The notes under the pieces were generated by a model that was not told the DNA's origin, did not search any database, and saw only the letters and a program-made list of their open reading frames with translations. This document shows positions 52,909 to 64,000 of a DNA stretch of 64,000 bases, in pieces (position 1 is the first letter of the stretch; each line of letters begins with the position of its first letter). The stretch comes from Callorhinchus milii (lineage: Eukaryota), in contig NW_024704743.1 of the NCBI RefSeq assembly GCF_018977255.1, positions 93,002,001-93,066,000 on the forward strand, read 5' to 3'. Both the position numbers and the translations under genes were made by a program.

Positions 52909-55900
52909 CATTTTTGAAGTCGGGGAGCGGCGGCAGGACAGCGCGGGGAGGAGCCTGGGCCTACTGACCCAGGTACTTAAACTCGACGCCGGAGCGAGTT
53001 CAGCTAGGGGGGTGTTGGGCGGTGTGGGGACGGAGCGGGGGAACTGCTGACGTCATAGATTAGTTTTCAGGTGCGTGCGCGCGCGTAAAAAAAACACAAA
53101 ACAAAACAAAAAACTCTGCACCCCCCACCCCCAGGGCTCACATCAGAGCCCACTATGGTCCTGTTGCGTTTGCTGCCCCAATCTAAGGGATAATGCCATC
53201 CACCTGACGGTCGCTCCCGGTCCCCGCGTGCGCACTATGGCTGCCGCTTTGACCCGAGCCCCTCCCTCCCTCCCCCTTCCTCTCTCCCCCCAAACCCTCC
53301 CCCCTCTGCATCTCTCCCGCTCTCTCCTCCTCTCTCTCCGTCCCTCTCGTCTTCTATCCCCACTTGACCCTCCCACAACCTCCCTCTGTTCCAGCCTGGG
53401 AATCCTCCGCCGGGCTCACCGTGGCACTCGGCGTTGGCTGTCCAGCAGCAGCCACACCGACTGCCCCATTCCCCACCACACTCGCCACCCACCCCGGACA
53501 CAGACCCGGGGAGTCAACCTCTCCTCCCTCATCCCCATTCCCCCCACCCCTGCCTCACAACCTGGACCCCCTCCCCTCCCACACACCCTTCTGTCAACCG
53601 CTCCCTCCACATCGGACTGCAAAATGTCCGCTCCCTCTGCAACAAGGCCCTGGTCATCAACGATCTCATCCTTGATGAGAACGTTGATATCATGGCCTTA
53701 ACAGAAACCTGGCTCACCCCAGGCGACACCTTCCCCCTCACGGAGGCCACGCCACCCGGCTACACCTCCCACCACATCCCCCGCCCCAACCGCCGTGGCG
53801 GTGGTGTTGCCCTTATCTCAAGGACACCACTTGCCCTATCCCCCTACTCCACTGGCTCTTTCCCCTCCTTTGAGCACCTCACCCTCTCCCACCCCTCATT
53901 CCTCTCCCTTAAAATCCTCCTCCTCTACCGGCCCCCTAAAACCTCTCCCACCTTCATCTCTGACATTTCAACACTCCTCACATCTCTTTGCCTCTGCTCT
54001 GATCGCCTCATCATCCTGGGCGACTTTAACCTACACTTCACCCCCTCCTGCTCCATCTCCACAGACTTCTCTTCCCTGCTCTCCTCACTCAACCTCTCCT
54101 TACACATAAACTCCCCCACTCACAGTCACGGCCACCCACTCGATTTGGTGATCACCCGGGGCCTCAGTGTCTCGGATGTCACTATTACCGACAAGGCCAT
54201 CTCTGACCACTACTTCATCTCCTTCACCACCTCCACCCCCCTCCCCACCTCCACCAGACCCACCACCATCTTCTACCGCCCTTGGAAGAAGTTACCCCCA
54301 CAATCCCTAACCGATGCCTTGGAGTCCTCTGAACTCCTCTCCCTCTGGCCTTCAACCCTCACCGACCCCTCTTCTCCTCTCTCCCTCCTCCACAATACCC
54401 TCTCCTCCACACTCGATACTCTTGCCCCCATCACTTCCCGCACTGTCTCCTACTCCCGCTCCTCCCCCTGGTACACCACCCACCTCCGCTCACTGAAAAG
54501 CCAGGTGCGGGCTGCTGAACGCACCTGTGTCAAATCTGGCCTAACGGTCCACCGACAAATCTGGCTGGACCTCCTCAAAATTTACCGCTCCACTCTAGCC
54601 TCGGCCAAGTCGTCCTTCTACTCCAGGATAATCCTGGAGGCGAAGAACAACCCCAGGCTACTGTTTTCCACCACCACCCGACTCCTCCGTCCCCCCCGCC
54701 ACCCCGCGCAGGTCATCTCCTCCAACCTTCACTGCGAGGAGATGCTGGATTTCCTTGAATCCAAGATCAAGGGAATCCGCTCCGCGGTCACTTCCCCTCC
54801 AACATCCACCAACCCCCCACCCCCTCCCTCCCACACTCCGACTCCTACCCATCCTCCCCTACACACCTTCGTACCCGTTTCCCCACCCTCTGTCACTGAA
54901 CTCATCCTATCCCTAAAACCAACCACCTGCTCCCTTGACCCCATCCCCACTCCACTCCTTATCTCCCAGCTCCACTTTCTTGCCCCACATATCACTGACA
55001 TCATCAACCTGTCCCTCTCCTCTGGCTCTGTCCCCATTCCATTAAAAACTGCCACCATCACGCCCACCCTGAAAAAACCCTCCCTTGATGCGTCGCAGCT
55101 ATCAAGCTACCGGCCCATCTCCAACCTCCCCTTTCTCTCCAAGGTCCTGGAAAGAGTTGTCGCCTCCCAACTGCGCTCTTTCCTTTCCACCCATTCTCTT
55201 TTCGAACCCCTTCAGTCAGGTTTCCGTGCTGCCCATAGCACAGAAACTGCCCTGGTCAAGGTCACCAATGATATCCTGACCATCTGTGACCAGGGCTCCC
55301 TCTGCCTCCTCGTCCTCCTCGACCTATCGGCAGCATTCGATACGGTCGACCACGCTATCCTACTCCACCGCTTGTCCTCCCACCTCAACCTTCAAGGCAC
55401 TGTCCTTGAATGGTTTAGGTCGTACCTTTCTCACCGTCTTCACTTTGTCTCGACGAATGGCTTCTCCTCCACCCCCCGTACTGTCTCATGTGGTGTCCCT
55501 CAGGGCTCTGTCCTCGGTCCCCTCCTCTTCACCCTCTATATGCTCCCCCTTGGTGACATCATCCGCAGACATGGGGTTAACTTCCACATGTATGCGGATG
55601 ACACCCAACTCTACCTTTCCTCCTCTACTCTCAACTCCACGACCACCGATGTCCTGACAGCTGCCTGTCCGACATCGAGTCCTGGACGAGAGACAACTTT
55701 CTTCAGCTCAACGTGCGAAAAACCGAGGCCCTCCTGATTGGCTCACGTCAGCGCCTCCGCACCTCAGGCGCCGACACCATCAGCATCCAAGGCTGCACTC
55801 TCCACCTCTCAAAGCCAGTCAGGAACCTCGGCGTTTTGTTCGACCCTGAGCTGTCCTTTCTCCCTCACATCCGCACCACAACTGGCACCGCCTTCCATCA

Positions 55901-56628
55901 CCTCCGGAATATCGCCAGACTACGCCATTACCTCACCCCTCACGCTGCTGAAACCCTGGTCCACGCCTTTGTCACCTCAAGGCTGGACTATGGGAACTCT
56001 CTCCTCGCCGGCCTTCCCGCCACCTCCCTCCACAAGCTGCAGGTCATTCAGAACTCTGCAGCTCGTGTACTGTCCCGCACCAGGCTTCGGGACCACATCA
56101 CTCCCACCCTCGCTCGCCTCCACTGGCTCCCCATCCCCCAGAGGATTGATTTCAAGATCCTCATCCTCACCTACAAGGCCATTCACGGCCTTGCTCCCTC
56201 CTACCTCTCCAACCTACTATCCCCCTACCTACCTGCCCGTTCCCTCCGTTCCTCCGGCTCCGGTCTGCTCCACGTCCCCTGCCCCATTGGTGGTCGGGCC
56301 TTCAGCCTCTCAGCCCCGAGGCTCTGGAACTCTATCCCCCAGTGCCTTCGCCTTGCTTCCTCCCTTTCCTCCTTCAAGGCCGGTCTCAAAACCTTTCTCT
56401 TTGACCGAGCCTTCAGTTCCCCTCTCGACTCTCTACCCCCTCCTCGCTCCCTCCCTTCCCTCCCCTCACCCTGACCATTTCCCCCCTCCTCGCTCCCTCC
56501 CTTCCCTCCCCTCACCCTGACCATTTCCCCCCTGCTCGGGTCATGACCCAACTGTGCAGCGCCTTGGGACGTCCTCCTGACGTGAAAGGCGCTTTATAAA
56601 TGGAATCTTGTTGTTGTTGTTGTTGTTG
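52909..56628 (+). mobile_element. Full-length single-ORF L2-clade LINE (APE endonuclease + RT), nearly intact
   Basis: CpG-rich 5' UTR; ATG at 53237 (ACTATGG). EN motifs QNVRSL, LTETWL, GGGVAL, YRPP, GDFN, LDLV, SDH. RT motifs [38 protein letters not shown]. Stop at 56474, stem-loop and (TTG)n tail. Confidence 0.95.
53237..56474 (+). pseudogene. L2 EN-RT polyprotein reading frame with two frameshifts
   Basis: Joins frames of ORFs 53075-53701, 53434-55737 and 55713-56474. Shifts at ~53540-53600 (C-rich tract) and ~55660 (ACAG-CTGCCTG, one base missing before CLSDIESW). Confidence 0.8.
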
Positions 56629-56809
56629 ATACACAAGCTACAAACTATCCAAACTCTGCAGCCCAAGTCTTTTCCTACACAAGGATTTGTGAGCCTATCA
56701 TCCTAATTCTCTCTAGGCTCCATTGATCCCCCATCCTCCATGGATCAAGTTCAAGATCTTTGTTCTCATCTTAAAATCTCTCCATGGTTTCACTCCGCCC
56801 TCAAACCTT

Positions 56810-57095
56810 ACCATAGAATCTTGCAACACAGAAGGAGGGCATTCGGCCCTTCATGCCTGTGCCGGCTGTTTGAAAGAGCTACCAAATAGTCCCACTTCCC
56901 TGTTCTTACCCCATAGATTTGTAATGTTTTCCTCTTTAAGTACGTATCCAATTCCCTTTTCAAAGCTATTATTGAATCTGCTTCCACCACCCTTTCAGGC
57001 ATTCCAGACTGTAGCAACTCTCTGAGTAAAGCAATTTCTCCTCTTTTGCCAATTATCTTAAATCTGTGTCCTCTGGTTACCAACCCACCCACCAG
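56810..57095 (-). mobile_element. CR1 3' end fragment
   Basis: ORF 56808-57092 (VTRGHRFKI, PERVVEADSI..KRELD) and CR1-type 3' UTR. Confidence 0.85.
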
Positions 57096-57130
57096 TCGAT
57101 CTTCCTTCTGCCTACTTCATATCCCCCACC

Positions 57131-58025
57131 ATAACAATACAATATTGCATTTGTAGACCGCCTTTCATATCAGGATGACGTCCCAAGGTGCTGGACAGTT
57201 AGGGATTTGGACCTGAGCTGGGAGTTAGGATCGGGGAGCGTGGAGTGCAGGGAGGGTAGAAGGGTGGCCGAAGGCGTAGTTGAAGAGGAGGGTTTTGAGA
57301 CAGGCCTTGAAAAAGGCAAGGGAGGGAGCAAGGCAAAGGGAATGTGTGATGGAGTTCCAAAGATTGGAGACAGAAAGCCGGAAGGCCCGACTGCCAATGG
57401 TGGGGCGGGTTGGCTGGGGGACGTGGAGTAGGCCGGAGCCTGTTGAACGGAGGGTGTGGACAGGTTGATAAGGGATCAGCAGTCACTTAGGTAGGAAGGA
57501 GCAAGGCCTTGAAGGCGAGGACGAGGATTTTAAACTCCATCCTCTGGGGGATGGGGAGCCAGTGGAGCCAGGTGAGGTTAGGGGTGATGGGGTCACGGAA
57601 CATGGTGCGGGAGAGGACACGAACTTCAGAGTTCTGGATGATCTGCAACTTGTTGAGGGAATAGTTGAGAAGGTCGACAAGCAGGGAGTTGGCGTAGTCG
57701 AGCCTAGATGTGGTGAATGCATGGATGAGGATTTTGGCGGCCTGAGGGGTGAGGCAGTGGCAGAGCCAGGTGATGTTGCAGAGGTGGGGGAAGGCAGAGC
57801 CAGTTATGGCATGAATGTGAGGTAAAAAGAATAGTTGAAAGTCAAACAAGACGCAAAGATTCTGGACTGGCTCAGTGAGATGGAGTGTGCATCCTTGGAT
57901 GGTGATGCTGTCAGTGCCTGAGGTGAGGAAGCGCTGACGGGAGCAAATCAGCAGAGCCTCGGTCCTGTTGACATTCAACTGTAGAAAGTTAGCTTTCATA
58001 CAGGACTTGATGTCTGACAGACATT
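57131..58025 (-). mobile_element. L2 LINE 3' fragment
   Basis: ORF 57487-58062 (CLSDIKS.M.ANFLQLN..TEALL, SRLDYANSLL, LHWLPIPQR) and reverse tail near 57131-57200. Confidence 0.92.
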
Positions 58026-58464
58026 CTATCCCCCCAAACAAAGGTAGGTGGTCATCAGTCAATCAGGTGTGATGCCAATTAAATTATGAGAATAGGACAA
58101 AGGTGTTTGTGATCCCAGAATCTGCCTCTCTCCATCCTGGCTTGAAGCTGCAGGCAGCAGTACCTGGCACAGGCTCTTAAAGAGGCACAGCTTCATCACA
58201 TTGCCTAATCCTTACAAAGAAACTGAAAGTAAAACATGGTTGTCAGAATCAGCTCATAAAGGACTTAAATTTATATTTCTCTTTTGTCATTGGAGCTGTT
58301 TTGCAGTCACACTACAAGTTAAATTGAGATGCTTGTATTGTTTTAAAAGAGGACACCAGCAGATGAATGTCAGGAGTGGGTTGTTTTGGAACAGAGACTG
58401 GGAACAGAATGCTGAATACAGCCGCTGAGTGTTAATGTTGATGGACATTAAGGAATGATGTTAG

Positions 58465-58860
58465 CCTGACTCAGTAGCACTCTTGCTGCTGAGACAGAGG
58501 GCTGTGAGTTTGAGTCATACATTTGGACTTTGAGCTCATAACCTTGGACAGACACTCCAGTGTAGAGCTGAGAGAGTATTGCATTGTTGGAACTTGAGGT
58601 CCTTCACAAGTTTTAAACCAATGTTCAGGTGGGAGTTAAATATACCGTGATACTATTTGAAAAGAAAGATTTTGGTCATTCACTTTATGGCTATTTGTGA
58701 GACATTCCTATGCACAGATTGATTGCTGCATTCACCAAGAAATACACAGCCATTATACTTTACAGTAATTCCTGTGAAACGTTTTGAGGTATTTCAACAG
58801 TGTGATCAAGTGTTGTATGTTGTATCATCAAATGCAATGCTGATTATTATTTATTATTGT
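58465..58860 (+). mobile_element. Old full-length SacSINE1/DeuSINE-like SINE
   Basis: Head CTCAGTAGCACTCTTGCTGCTGAGACAG, GACACTCCAGTGTAG, Deu-like core TATTTGTGAGACATTCCTATGCACAGATTG and (ATT)n tail. Confidence 0.7.
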
Positions 58861-61009
58861 TAAAGAATGAATTTCTAGTATTGCTTGACTTGCATTTCCT
58901 ATGATATGTAACATAAGAAGGTGGTTAAAAATATCACAATAAGCTTCTGCTAGGATACATGTACTTTTAATTAATTTAGCAAAAATAAATTTGACATTGC
59001 TATGGGTGAAACCTTTGGGGTGAAAATGTGATAATTATCACCAGTGATAACTGAAAGGTGTGATCCAAATCCAGGCTCAGTAATACTGTGTGGAGTGCTA
59101 TGTAAGTGCTTTGTATGTTCTTTGAATATTTCCCTTAATAAGTTGCCGAAATAGTGTTTTGATGCTTGATATTTTGTGGTTCAAAGTCATGGACTATGTT
59201 TTTTTCAAATCCAAGGTTGGCTCCTGCACTCTTAAACAGGGTGATTGATTTCCACATAGTGACCTAAACCAATACTGTGAGATGTGACTTAGCATTGACA
59301 CCTAAACATCAGAAAGCATTGCACCAAGCATATGAGGGCATTAGATAGAGAGGGCAAACCAATCACAATGTCTGTGTGCATTATTAGTGGTGTGCAAGGG
59401 GAGCTCCTGAGCTCTCTGGGATAATTATTGATATTCTCTGGGGTATCATAGCATACTGGCCTTTCAGTGTCATTTATAAGATCAAGCTCTAACCTCCTCT
59501 GAGAGGTCACATTGTAATTTCTATTTGTATTCTGAGCTGCAAATCAAGGATAAGGGTAGCTGCCGATTGCCTGAAAAATACACTAACAGGCATCTGCTCT
59601 CGGAGCGTCTGGTCAAGTTTTAACTTGTGCAAGCTCGTCTTGAAGACTAATTCAGGTGATCTTCTCCAAGTGACTTTAACCAGTTCTGGAAATTGTCGCA
59701 GTACTTCATTAGTTTCATTCAAGAGCTGGAACTGAAATGTCATATTACAGATTTTCTATGAGGGAGCCTAGCAACAATAAGTTACATTTGTATAGCGCCT
59801 TTCACGTCAGGAGGATATCCAAAGGCACTTCACAATGTCTTGACTAAATCTGCTCCTACAAGCTGTCTTAAATCAATAATCTTTACATTTGATAAAGCAT
59901 TTATTATATAAATGCAATAAATCAAATTGTTGTGTTTGTAGGTGAATACAGCCATCAAGTTGCACACAGCAATATCTCACTAACAGCAATGAAGTGAATG
60001 TTCAATTTATCTGGATGATTTTTGATTTAAAAATCTTCTTAGTGCAGAGACAAATCTGAAAGCAGTCAGTTCATTTTGATCCAAAATAGAACCTAGACTC
60101 GAGCCAATGAGTCATTGAGTTACAGAGTGCCTTTAGCTTTGTGGTTCAGAAATGAACTGTTTTTTTTTAAATCTAAGATTAGCTACTGTACTTTTAAACA
60201 TGGTGATGGGTATCAGACACCCGGCTGACCAAAAAATACAGAAATAAAATGTATTGGTATACCTTAATTTCAGAATGCAGTCACTTTATATTTGAATTCT
60301 CTACAAAACAACAAACCTACCCAGGACTAATTTTATATTTAGTTTGTCTTTCTAGGAAGATATTTAACCTAAAACCATATCTAGTTTCTGTGATAGTTGG
60401 TGAAGTACTATTTTGGATTGCTATTTTGAATCTGTATATTTTTAACTTGGTGGTTTCTGACATGAGAGATGATAGCAATTCAGCCAACACACAGTCAATT
60501 GTAGAATGTTGGTCTGGATCTACTGCTGAAATATTTTCATTATAAACCAATGAAGAACAATAGATCTTGAGGACAAATTAGTAATATATTTAATTTTTAA
60601 AAATGGAGCTCTGTATTGATTTTTGGAGGGTGACCATTAGCTCAACTGTGCTTTATTTCTTTAAATAGGCCCTCATGCTTCCTTCATAAAATGCTAGAAC
60701 CATAGAAATGTACAGATAGAAGGAGGCCATTCGGTCTACCATGCCTGTGCTGGCTTTCTGAAAGAGCTCACTCTAGTTCCATTATTCTGCCTTTCCTCAT
60801 GCATGTTTAAATTTTCTAATTTTCGGATGTTTATCTAACTTTTTAAAAATATTTTTATTAATAATAATTATATGATGTTCAATTGATATTGACACATATA
60901 CTATATTTTACATCAGGAGGGGATCTCAAAGCACTTCACTAACTAGAATTTACTAACTATGTGAGTTCAAAGTCCTGACATCAGGCTCAGGGCGCACAAC
61001 TTTCTGACT

Positions 61010-61490
61010 CAACAACGACAAATTACATTTGGATAGTGCCTTTCACTTCAGGAGGACTCCCCAAGGTGCGGCGGTGGAGGAGGGTCTTTAGATGTGTTTT
61101 GAAGGAGGCAAGGGAGGGAGCGAGGCGAAGGGACTGTGGGATATAGTTCCCAAGGGTGGAGGCTAAGAAGCTGAAGGCTCGACTGCCGATGGTGGAGCAG
61201 GCCCAGCGGGGGACATGGAGCAGTCCAGAGCATATTGAGCGGAGGGAGTAGACAGGTTGATGTGGGGTCAGCAAGTTACAGAGGTAGGAAGGATCAAGGC
61301 CGTGGTGGGCTGTGAAGCCGAGGATGAGGATTTTGAACTCTATCCTCTGGGGGATGGGGAGCCAGTGGAGCCGGCGAAGGGTATGAGTGATGGAGTCACG
61401 GAGTCTGCTGCAGTAGAGGACACAGGCTGCAGAGTTCTGGATGATCTGCAGCATGTGGAGGGAAGGGTTGTGAAGGCTGACCCAGAGGTG
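61010..61490 (-). mobile_element. L2 LINE 3' fragment
   Basis: ORF 61023-61499 (QNSAA, LHWLPIPQRIEFKIL, IGSRAFS) and tail. Confidence 0.9.
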
Positions 61491-62462
61491 ATAGTACAAT
61501 CAACTGAGCCAGGCTAGCACTTAATCTTAATTTTGTCTGAACAGCTAACATGGATTCTGCTTCATCCACTGTTTCAGGTAAGGCATTCCTTATCCTATCA
61601 ACTATCTGTGGAAAAAGAAAAATTAGTTAAGAAAATAGAATGCTTCATATCTCCATTGAGTGCCTTTTGATGCTCACAGCCAGTATATAGTTCACTGAAT
61701 CACATTTCTGATTGTTACCTTTCCTCAACATTTGAAAAGCAATTATCCAAACTAGAGGATTTAAATAAAAACATCCAGCCCATGTACTTTAGTCAGAATG
61801 TAATAATTTGCATTGAGTAAGACAACGGTGTGATAATAGGAGTGATAACATGTTGCAGAGGCAATAGTATCTCTCCAGATAAAGGCATCTGGTTGCCTTT
61901 ATTCCATCATTCAGACATTCCAAAAGTACCATCAGTGGAAATCTATCTGTATAAGAGGCCTTACAAATATTTAGCTATATTTAACTTATTTGTTGCCTTC
62001 TGCTTCAAGAGTGCATCTTTTGCCATGCACAGCGGTCTGCATTTTTTTTTGTACATGTGTGAAAAGGAGGAGAAATAAGCTCACAATCACTCTTTCTTGG
62101 CAAGCGATCCAATTTATGATGATATGAGCAAAATAAATTAAAGTTACTACAATATTTATCATTCTTGGATTTAGAACCAGATCCGTTGTGGTCCCCAGCT
62201 AATTAGTTACAGATGCTGTTTCAACATTCTACTGTATTAGAGTAAACCGGTTGCCACAAATTCCTTCAATACCCCTTCCGAGTATTCAACAGAGAAATCA
62301 ATTCATTGGAGTACTATTTGGTGTAAAGGCTCCTAATGAATCTGTTGACAGGCACTATGTCTAGGGTTACACCAGCAATGGATTTTTCATTGTTTTTCCT
62401 TTCTAAATTGACTTTTTCGTCTCCATTATTTTCTTAGTCTAATATTCAGTGCTTCATTTGGC

Positions 62463-63895
62463 ATAGAATCAGAGAATCATAGAATGTTACGGCACAGAAG
62501 GAGGCCATTCGGCCCATCGAATCTGTGCCGGCTCTTTGACAGAGCAATTGACTTTTATTAACCCCACTCACCAGCTTTCTCCCCATAACCCTGCGAACCT
62601 GTCTTCTCCAGATACCTATCCAGTTCTCTCTTAAAAGCTGTTATCAAATCGGACTTCACTGCCCTTTCGGGCAGATCATTCCAAATTCTAACAACTCGCT
62701 GACTGAAAAAATTTCTTCTAACCTCCCCTTTGCTTCTTTTGGTAGATATCTTAAGACTGTGACCACGGGTCACAGACACACCTACCAGCGGAAACAACTT
62801 TTCCCTATCTAGCCTGTCAAAACCTTTCATGATCTTGAAGACCTCTATCAGGTCCCCGCGTAACCTTCTCTGCTCTAATGGGAAAAGTCCTAACTTTTCC
62901 AGCCTGGCCTCATAGCTAAGCTTCCCCATTCCTGGTATCATTCTCATGAATCTCCTCTGCACCCTTTCCAGTGCCTTAATATCCTTCCTGAGGTAAGGTG
63001 CCCAGAACTGGACCCAGTACTCCAGCTGAGGCCTAACCAGTGTTTTGTACAGATTAAGCATAACCTCCCTACTCTTATACTCTATGCCCCTACTAATGAA
63101 GCTCAGTACACCAAATGCCCTTTTTACTGCCCTATCTACCTGCTCTGCCACCTTCAATGAATCACTTATTTGAACGCCCAGATCTCTCTGTACGTTCACC
63201 CCCCTTAAGATTGAGCTACCAAGCCTATATTGCCTCCTATAATTTTTCCTACCTAAGTGTATCACCTCACACTTATCTACATTGAAATCCATCTGCCACA
63301 TGTCAGCCCATTCCACCATTCTGTGTATGTCTGCCTGCAGTCTGTCACAATCTTCTTCACTATTTACTACCCTACCTAACTTGGTATCATCTGCAAACTT
63401 GGAAATAGTGCTCCCTATGCCCAAGTCCAGATCATTAATATATATTAGAAAGAGTAGTGGTCCCAATACCGATCCCTGGGGGACACCGCTGCACACCTCC
63501 TTCCATTGCGAGAAACACCCATTAACCACCACCCTCTGCATTCTGTCACTCAGCCAGTTCCTAATCCAAACGGCTACTGTCCCCTTAATGCCGTGGGCTT
63601 CCAGTTTTTTTATTAACCTCTTATGCGGTACTGTGTCAAAAGCCTTTTTAAAATCCATGTAAATAATGTCCACCGCATTTCCCTCATCAACCCTCGCAGT
63701 CACCTCTTCAAAAAATTCTATTAGATTTGTTAGGCAAGATTTGCCTTTAACAAATCCATGTTGGCTGTCTCTAATTACCTCGTGTTCCTCTAAGTAGAGA
63801 TCTATTTTGTCCCGGATTACGGTCTCCAGTAGCTTTCCTATTATCGAAGTTAGGCTGACTGGCCTGTAATTTCCGGGCTTGTCTTTCTGCCCCAT
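62463..63895 (-). mobile_element. 5'-truncated CR1 LINE with an uninterrupted RT domain
   Basis: ORF 62558-63991 from GQKDKPGNYRPVSLTS through [24 protein letters not shown] and RPQLEY to the C-terminus. 3' UTR GGGCCGAATGGCC and (ATTCTATG)-like tail. Confidence 0.95.
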
Positions 63896-64000
63896 ATTTC
63901 TGCATGAACCATGCGCCAGCTGAAATGGTTGACCAGATGAAGTTCTTCTGTGTGTTTTTTTTAAATAGCAATTTGGGAACACTGTACACAATTAAGCTAG

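Overview
Vertebrate genomic DNA, most likely from a cartilaginous fish (inferred from the CR1/L2/Deu-type SINE repertoire; not confirmed). The only cellular gene is a minus-strand cerebellin, best matching CBLN2, with three coding exons (13101-12823, 11855-11736, 11318-11121; 198 aa), canonical phase-0 GT-AG introns and probable non-coding 5' exons. It lies in a ~8 kb zone with no recognisable transposons. The rest is intergenic and dense in nested retroelements: many L2-clade LINE fragments plus one almost intact full-length single-ORF L2 (~52909-56628), several CR1-clade LINEs (two retaining an SGNH-esterase ORF1), tRNA-derived SINEs with an L2-like 3' stem-loop, and old LF-SINE-like remnants. 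The least expected feature is a short non-autonomous Helitron (48984-49562). It sits precisely in an AT dinucleotide of a CR1 ORF2, has a diverged sibling at ~20413-20853, and shows signs of 3'-end bypass. I found no convincing new protein-coding system. Repeat boundaries are approximate and family names rest on recalled consensus motifs, not database searches.
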